Shown in pieces: positions 27,815-32,000 of a DNA stretch of 32,000 nt. Every line of letters begins with the position of its first letter. The first letter of the stretch is position 1. Source of the stretch: Hyperthermus butylicus DSM 5456 (GTDB lineage Archaea > Thermoproteota > Thermoprotei_A > Sulfolobales > Pyrodictiaceae); assembly GCF_000015145.1 (NCBI RefSeq), contig NC_008818.1:1470001-1502000 (forward strand), in the 5' to 3' direction. The notes beneath the pieces were generated by a model. That model was not told the origin of the DNA. It worked only from the letters and a program-made list of their open reading frames with translations, and ran no database searches. The position numbers and the translations under genes are program-made.

Positions 27815-27884
27815 CGTCTCTCATGGTTGCTCTGAAGAATACGCCCCGCACCCTGCCATAGATGCGGAGGTACGCCTTGGGTAT
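27807..27884 (-). pseudogene. Acylphosphatase, N-terminal part of split gene
   Basis: IPKAYLRIYGRVRGVFFRATMRDVAR contains the acylphosphatase signature GRVxGVxFR. Initiator position is ATA (27882..27884) where MPK would be expected. Confidence 0.85.
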
Positions 27885-27920
27885 CCCTACTGTAGAGCCG
27901 TGTAGCGCTGCTCGGGGGCG

Positions 27921-27929
27921 ATATAAAGC
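27921..27929 (-). promoter_or_regulatory. Candidate TATA box of the acylphosphatase gene
   Basis: Minus strand gctttatatcg about 37-47 nt upstream of the presumed initiator at 27884. Confidence 0.45.
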
Positions 27930-28012
27930 TGGCACCCGGGCCGGAGGGCTGGAGGCCTTCCAGGCTATGGCTTGTATTCTGGGCAAGGAGTAAGACCCGC
28001 GGGCCGTCTCGT

Positions 28013-28969
28013 GTGACATGTCTTGGGGGCCTGGCCGTGGGGTCTCAGGGTGCGCCAGCAGCCTGGGATCCAGGTAGGCTTGGCGGCAGAGCTGGTAGGC
28101 TTCGCGCTCTCGCCCGTCTAATCCGTATCGAGCACACACTGTTCAGCCTACCGTTCGCCTATGCTGGCGCCCTCATAGCCTGCCCGGAACGCCTCGATGC
28201 TAGAACAGTTGTGCTCATAGCGCTCGCAGTGTTTGGTCTTAGGACGGCAGCTATGGCCTATAACAATATCGCGGATCTCGATATTGACCAGCTGAACCCA
28301 CGTACGAGGCACAGGCCGCTGGTGATTGGGGTTGTCAGGATCCGCGACGCGTGGCTCCTAGTTTTCGCTGGCTCCCTGCTATACTATGCCTCGGCTGCGC
28401 TGCTCAACCGCTACGCGCTGCTTCTCAGCCCGCTGCCCTGGCTCCTAGCCATGAGCTACCCTCATGCCAAGAGGGTGCACTGGGTTCCACACATCCACCT
28501 GGGCATAGTCCTGGGCCTCGTTGTGTTCGGCGGCGCCGTAGCTACAGCCGGCATGGAGGCCACTGGGCTAATAGATGTTCTCCGCGCTGTGCCATGGCTG
28601 CTCGTGGCTGCTGTAACGCTATGGGTTGCAGGCTTCGACACATACTACGCAATAATGGATCTGGAGTTTGACCGCAAAATGGGGCTGGGCAGTATACCTG
28701 CAAGGCTAGGCGTAAAGGGCGCATTCGCGGCGAGCAGGCTCATGCACTGCGCTACGGCGATCCTCCTAGCCTGGAGCATCCACGCCTATGGGCTCGGCGT
28801 CATAGCAGCTGCCTCGGCCATCATTGCTATCGGCTTGCTGGCGTACCAGCACCTGCTCATCGCCAGGAAGGGCCTCGGCGCGATACCCGAGGCCTTCAAC
28901 ACAAACCTGCTGCTAGGCCTGGTCATAAGCCTCGGAATCGCGGCTGACGTGCTAGCCAGGCTGGCGTGA
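28013..28969 (+). CDS. UbiA-family prenyltransferase
   Basis: LARLIRIEHTLFSLPFAYAGALIA, AYNNIADLDIDQLNPRTRHRPLVIG (NxxxDxxxDxxNPRTxxRP), YAIMDLEFDRKMGLGSIPARLG. N-terminal start uncertain (homology begins near codon 28). Confidence 0.92.
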   Translation: MTCLGGLAVGSQGAPAAWDPGRLGGRAGRLRALARLIRIEHTLFSLPFAYAGALIACPERLDARTVVLIALAVFGLRTAAMAYNNIADLDIDQLNPRTRHRPLVIGVVRIRDAWLLVFAGSLLYYASAALLNRYALLLSPLPWLLAMSYPHAKRVHWVPHIHLGIVLGLVVFGGAVATAGMEATGLIDVLRAVPWLLVAAVTLWVAGFDTYYAIMDLEFDRKMGLGSIPARLGVKGAFAASRLMHCATAILLAWSIHAYGLGVIAAASAIIAIGLLAYQHLLIARKGLGAIPEAFNTNLLLGLVISLGIAADVLARLA

Positions 28970-28989
28970 AGGAGGAAGGGGAGGTGTTG

Positions 28990-29066
28990 TGGCGGGCCGG
29001 CCGGGATTTGAACCCGGGACCTACGGGTTAAAAGCCCGCCGCTCTGCCAGGCTGAGCTACCGGCCC
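28990..29066 (-). tRNA. tRNA-Lys (anticodon UUU), CCA encoded
   Basis: GGGCCGGTAGCTCAGCCTGGCAGAGCGGCGGGCTTTTAACCCGTAGGTCCCGGGTTCAAATCCCGGCCGGCCCGCCA; 7-bp acceptor GGGCCGG/CCGGCCC, anticodon loop CTTTTAA, T arm CCGGG-TTCAAAT-CCCGG. Confidence 0.97.
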
Positions 29067-29104
29067 AGACCCCATCATTCCTCCTCCCCACGTGCCCTGG
29101 TTTA

Positions 29105-29704
29105 TTAGGATTGTTTGCCATGCCCCTTGAGGAGGCTCGCCAGCTGCCTTGAGAGCATTGAGGCTAGCTTGTGTGCTGTGAATAATGGCTCAGGCTGCCT
29201 CGTGTGTAGCTGAAGGCTGCACGTCAGGCTCCACGCCTCCCCCGTTTCCATGCCGTAGCTCGCCAATAGCAGCTCCCCCTTGGGGCACGGCATCTTGGAT
29301 AGCTTCGACCAGACCTTCTCGAGCAGCTTCAGCCTAGTCCTCCAGTCGGGAAAGTGTAGCTCAAGCGCTCTCCTCACCGCATCCCGGTTCGGAGGGTACC
29401 AGTACACAACTATGACGGGCACGCTTGTCTCCCTGTGGAGCGCTTCGGGGTCTAGGATGTTGAAGCCTGCATAGATGTTCGTATCCAGCAGTACCGCCTG
29501 CAGCCTATGCCTCTCCATAGCCCTCGCGACTAACTCTGCTGCCCTAGCGGTAGCGTCTAGACCGTCAATGGTTAGCATCGCCGTGTAGGCGCCACAGGGG
29601 CATAGGCTGCTACCCCTCCAGCAGTGGACCGCCAGGACTGCTATCGTTCTCCTCCAGCCCCTCTCGAAGAAGCCGTCGTCGAAACCTGCTATGCAGGCCT
29701 GCAT
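29105..29704 (-). CDS. DUF99 family protein (endonuclease V-like fold)
   Basis: IAGFDDGFFERG...AMLTIDGLDATARAAELVARAMERHRLQAVLLDTNIYAGFNILDPEALHRETSVPVIVVYW...RRALELHFPDWRTRLKLLEK. Confidence 0.85.
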   Translation of the reverse strand: MQACIAGFDDGFFERGWRRTIAVLAVHCWRGSSLCPCGAYTAMLTIDGLDATARAAELVARAMERHRLQAVLLDTNIYAGFNILDPEALHRETSVPVIVVYWYPPNRDAVRRALELHFPDWRTRLKLLEKVWSKLSKMPCPKGELLLASYGMETGEAWSLTCSLQLHTRQPEPLFTAHKLASMLSRQLASLLKGHGKQS

Positions 29705-29706
29705 GG

Positions 29707-29919
29707 CTAGCGCTTCTCCTCCCGGTAGGCGTCTAGGCCTGATGCGACGAGGTAGTAGCCTATGGCTGCTGCTAGCAGGCCCGCGAGAACATGCCTTGCG
29801 TAGAGTAGCGCAATGCTTGCTGCTAGGAAGGCTAGTCCAGAGCCTACGAGTAGTGCTGGAAGCCCAGACCGGGCCACGGCTGCCACCAGCCCTGCTGCGG
29901 GGCTACTCCTAGGGCGCAA
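29707..29919 (-). CDS. Small membrane protein
   Basis: 70 aa, two hydrophobic segments; 2 nt from the DUF99 gene and overlapping the upstream ORF. Confidence 0.6.
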   Translation of the reverse strand: MRPRSSPAAGLVAAVARSGLPALLVGSGLAFLAASIALLYARHVLAGLLAAAIGYYLVASGLDAYREEKR

Positions 29920-30646
29920 GGATCCGGGCTATCTCGGCGTCTACGCCTAGTAATAATGCTGCTGCAGTGTATGCAGCCATGTAAGCTACTAGCCTCGCCC
30001 TAGGCTTCACCTGCACCGCTATGCCGCCTGCTGCTAGACCCGCTAGGACTGCGGCAAAGACTGCTGGCTCGCTGAATACGGGGATCATCGTGGCAGTATA
30101 GACTACTACTTCGAGTATGTGCCAGGGCCTTAGCCTTGACGGGGGACGTAGAAGGGGCCTAGGCGCCGAGGCAAGGTAGGAGATGGCGGCGGCAACGAGG
30201 GCGGCGGCAAGGTAGGCTGAGCCCTCCGCGCCAGGGTGAGAGGCTAGTATCGCTGCGTAAGGCTGCACCATCGCCAGCGCATGTGCCGCGAGGGATGCGT
30301 GTAGCGCTGCGAGCCCGGAGAAGGCTATGGCTAGGAGGAGGCTCTTCGGAGGCTTGTAGGGGGGCTGGAGTCCGGGCCCCGGAGCAGCTAACGTCAATAG
30401 GGCTATGCCGGCGAGCGCCGCCACTGTCTCGGGCCTGGACTCCACGGCTGCCGCAGTCAGCGCTACCGACAGTGCTGTGAGCAGCGAGAGCCATAGCCTC
30501 CCCACAGCTGCTGCCGCCGCTGCCACAGCCATGCCTGCTAGCAGCCAGGGCGCGGGGAGAACAGTGTAGGCTAGCACGAGAAGGGCTAGCGCAGCTGTGG
30601 GGACGGCGAATCCATGGGCTATGCGGGCGATGCTATCAGCCTCCAA
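29909..30646 (-). CDS. Multi-pass membrane protein
   Basis: Hydrophobic ORF after the DUF58 gene; track ORF starts at 30820 but TTG at 30646 (LEADSIARIAHGFAVPTAALALLVLAYTVLPAPWLLAG) removes an implausible Arg/Gly-rich N-terminus. Confidence 0.7.
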   Translation of the reverse strand: MEADSIARIAHGFAVPTAALALLVLAYTVLPAPWLLAGMAVAAAAAAVGRLWLSLLTALSVALTAAAVESRPETVAALAGIALLTLAAPGPGLQPPYKPPKSLLLAIAFSGLAALHASLAAHALAMVQPYAAILASHPGAEGSAYLAAALVAAAISYLASAPRPLLRPPSRLRPWHILEVVVYTATMIPVFSEPAVFAAVLAGLAAGGIAVQVKPRARLVAYMAAYTAAALLLGVDAEIARILAP

Positions 30647-31893
30647 GCCTCCCTCACGAACTGCCCGCCGGGGGCCAGGTATAGTCTTGCCCCTGCCCCG
30701 CCAAGAACGCTGGAGGCCCTGCCTGCAAGCCTTACCGCAGCCGTGCGGGCCAGCCTGGAGGCCTCTGCGTCGCCCACCGGAAGAACCACTACGACCACCG
30801 CGTTTAGCCCCGCGAGACACGAAGCCATCTCCTCGAGCCTGGGCTGGACCAGGGCGTGGGGTCCGGTGAGTACTAGGAGCAGCATGCCCCTGGGGAGCAG
30901 GGTTCTAGCCTCCTTGACGGCTCCGCAGAGCCCCCAACCGCTATGGGTTAGGGTCTCGATGGGGTCTAGGCTTGAGAGCTGCGTGAGGAGCTGGTGGAGC
31001 CTCTCCCCAGCCCTGCCTGGCTGCACTGTTAGCCAGACATCGCCGCGGAGCAGCGTGTAGCCGAAGACGCCGCCTAGGCTGGCGATGCTGCGGGCGAGCG
31101 AGGCTGCAAGCCTTGCAATATGATCTCCCGGAGTGTCCCCGGGCTCTCCCGCCCAGCTGTAGCGGGAGAGGTCCACTAGCATGTGGAGCCTCGGCTGCAG
31201 CTCGGAGAGGTCCTCGCGGACCATTAGCCTCCCGACCCTCGCCGTGGCGGTCCACACGATTCTCCTCGGGTCGTCGCCTGGCTGGTACTCCCTCACCTCG
31301 TAGAACTCAAGGCCCACACCATGCACGAGCCTCCTATAGGCCTCGAGGAACCCGTGCACCGGGCTCGGGGCACACGGCTCGGAGAGGCTTGCCACTGGCA
31401 CCGTCTTGATGCTTGCTGGGGTCCTAACCGTGCGACGGTAGACAAAGAAGCCCAGTGGGTCCACGACATCCACGGTCAGCTCGCTGAAGATGTGTAGCCC
31501 TGGAAGGGGCTTCACAGTGTAGGTGTAGGCTGCAGATGCGCCTGGCAGCAGCGAGACACGAAATACTGGGCTCTCCTCAACCCTAACCCTTGCCGGGATA
31601 GCATCGGTCACCACCGCCTCGGCGCGGAGTCTCGACGCGTTGTGTACACGGATAGTCACCTTGACCGGTGCGCCCTCATAGGCTGTCTCTGGCTCCACAC
31701 TCCTCTCAAACATTAGGCCTAGCGCTGCCCTGGAGAGGGTGTAGGCGTAGCCGAGGCTCCAAGCTAGGATCCCCGAGAGGAGGACCGCAAGGCTGCCCGT
31801 TAGCCACGGGTAGACCCCGGCATAGCTGGCTATGAGGAGGGCTGTTATCGACGCGGCAGCCAGGAGCGCCTTTGGCGTCGGCTCTACGGGCAA
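30619..31893 (-). CDS. DUF58 domain protein
   Basis: Two N-terminal TM segments; hallmark GLEFYEVREYQPGDDPRRIVWTATARVGRLMVRE; adjacent to the MoxR-like gene. Confidence 0.92.
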   Translation of the reverse strand: MPVEPTPKALLAAASITALLIASYAGVYPWLTGSLAVLLSGILAWSLGYAYTLSRAALGLMFERSVEPETAYEGAPVKVTIRVHNASRLRAEAVVTDAIPARVRVEESPVFRVSLLPGASAAYTYTVKPLPGLHIFSELTVDVVDPLGFFVYRRTVRTPASIKTVPVASLSEPCAPSPVHGFLEAYRRLVHGVGLEFYEVREYQPGDDPRRIVWTATARVGRLMVREDLSELQPRLHMLVDLSRYSWAGEPGDTPGDHIARLAASLARSIASLGGVFGYTLLRGDVWLTVQPGRAGERLHQLLTQLSSLDPIETLTHSGWGLCGAVKEARTLLPRGMLLLVLTGPHALVQPRLEEMASCLAGLNAVVVVVLPVGDAEASRLARTAAVRLAGRASSVLGGAGARLYLAPGGQFVREAWRLIASPA

Positions 31894-31910
31894 GAACCCT
31901 CTGGCCCTCC

Positions 31911-32000
31911 CTACGGGGGCTCCACACGCTCCAGCACCGAGTCTATGATGTCGTCCACAGTTACGCCTGCAAGGCGGGCCTCAGGCCGCAACACTATGCG
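31911..32000 (-). CDS. C-terminal end of probable MoxR-family AAA+ ATPase (partial)
   Basis: Minus-strand frame RIVLRPEARLAGVTVDDIIDSVLERVEPP*, typical MoxR C-terminus; context upstream of DUF58. Confidence 0.7.
   Translation of the reverse strand, partial: RIVLRPEARLAGVTVDDIIDSVLERVEPP

Noticed and set aside
27801-28139. ORF 27789..28139 (-), 116 aa, as a full gene
   Set aside because: Only its C-terminal 26 codons are acylphosphatase. The upstream part is antisense to the UbiA leader/start region and past a TATA-like element.
28990-29066. tRNA-Lys as attachment site for the island
   Set aside because: The insertion boundary is inside acylphosphatase at ~27806, 1.2 kb away. The tRNA is intact and I saw no duplicated 3' end near 18.8 kb.
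30597-31409. Plus-strand ORFs 30597..30869, 30614..31060, 31113..31409
   Set aside because: Antisense to the DUF58 gene; Pro/Arg/Ser-rich compositions without motifs.
1-32000. CRISPR array, Cas genes, rRNA, or classical IS element
   Set aside because: No regularly spaced repeats, Cas motifs, rRNA-like sequence, transposase DDE/HUH motifs or terminal inverted repeats were recognised by eye.

Overview
Archaeal chromosomal window. The CdvB/ESCRT-III paralog, P0 stalk fragment, CydA-like pair, DUF99 and TATA-type promoters point to a hyperthermophilic crenarchaeon, probably Pyrodictiaceae-like (inference). Backbone content: MalEFGK/UgpBAEC-type ABC operon, ESCRT-III (CdvB-family) paralog, M20 peptidase, PadR regulator, a degenerate sirtuin-like protein, several small coiled-coil/wHTH ORFs, a SWIM zinc-finger gene divergent from a 1486-aa KAP/STAND-like ATPase, a UbiA prenyltransferase, tRNA-Lys(UUU), and a MoxR/DUF58/membrane/DUF99 cluster. 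The strongest structural finding is that an acylphosphatase gene is split into two halves about 9 kb apart (C-terminal half 18593..18835, N-terminal half 27807..27884). The halves rejoin in frame with correct family spacing, and an imperfect 9-bp direct repeat (GCCT[A/T]GCTA) flanks the intervening segment. That segment, 18833..27806, is visibly more AT-rich. It carries an apparently intact cytochrome bd-type CydA plus CydA'-like pair and a NikR-like regulator, together with many decayed genes: glycosyltransferase, a fragment of ribosomal stalk protein P0, B12-binding radical SAM, metallo-beta-lactamase-fold protein, membrane protein, and metal ABC transporter ATPase and permease. No recombinase, CRISPR array or rRNA was recognised. 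All homology calls are by eye; no searches were run.
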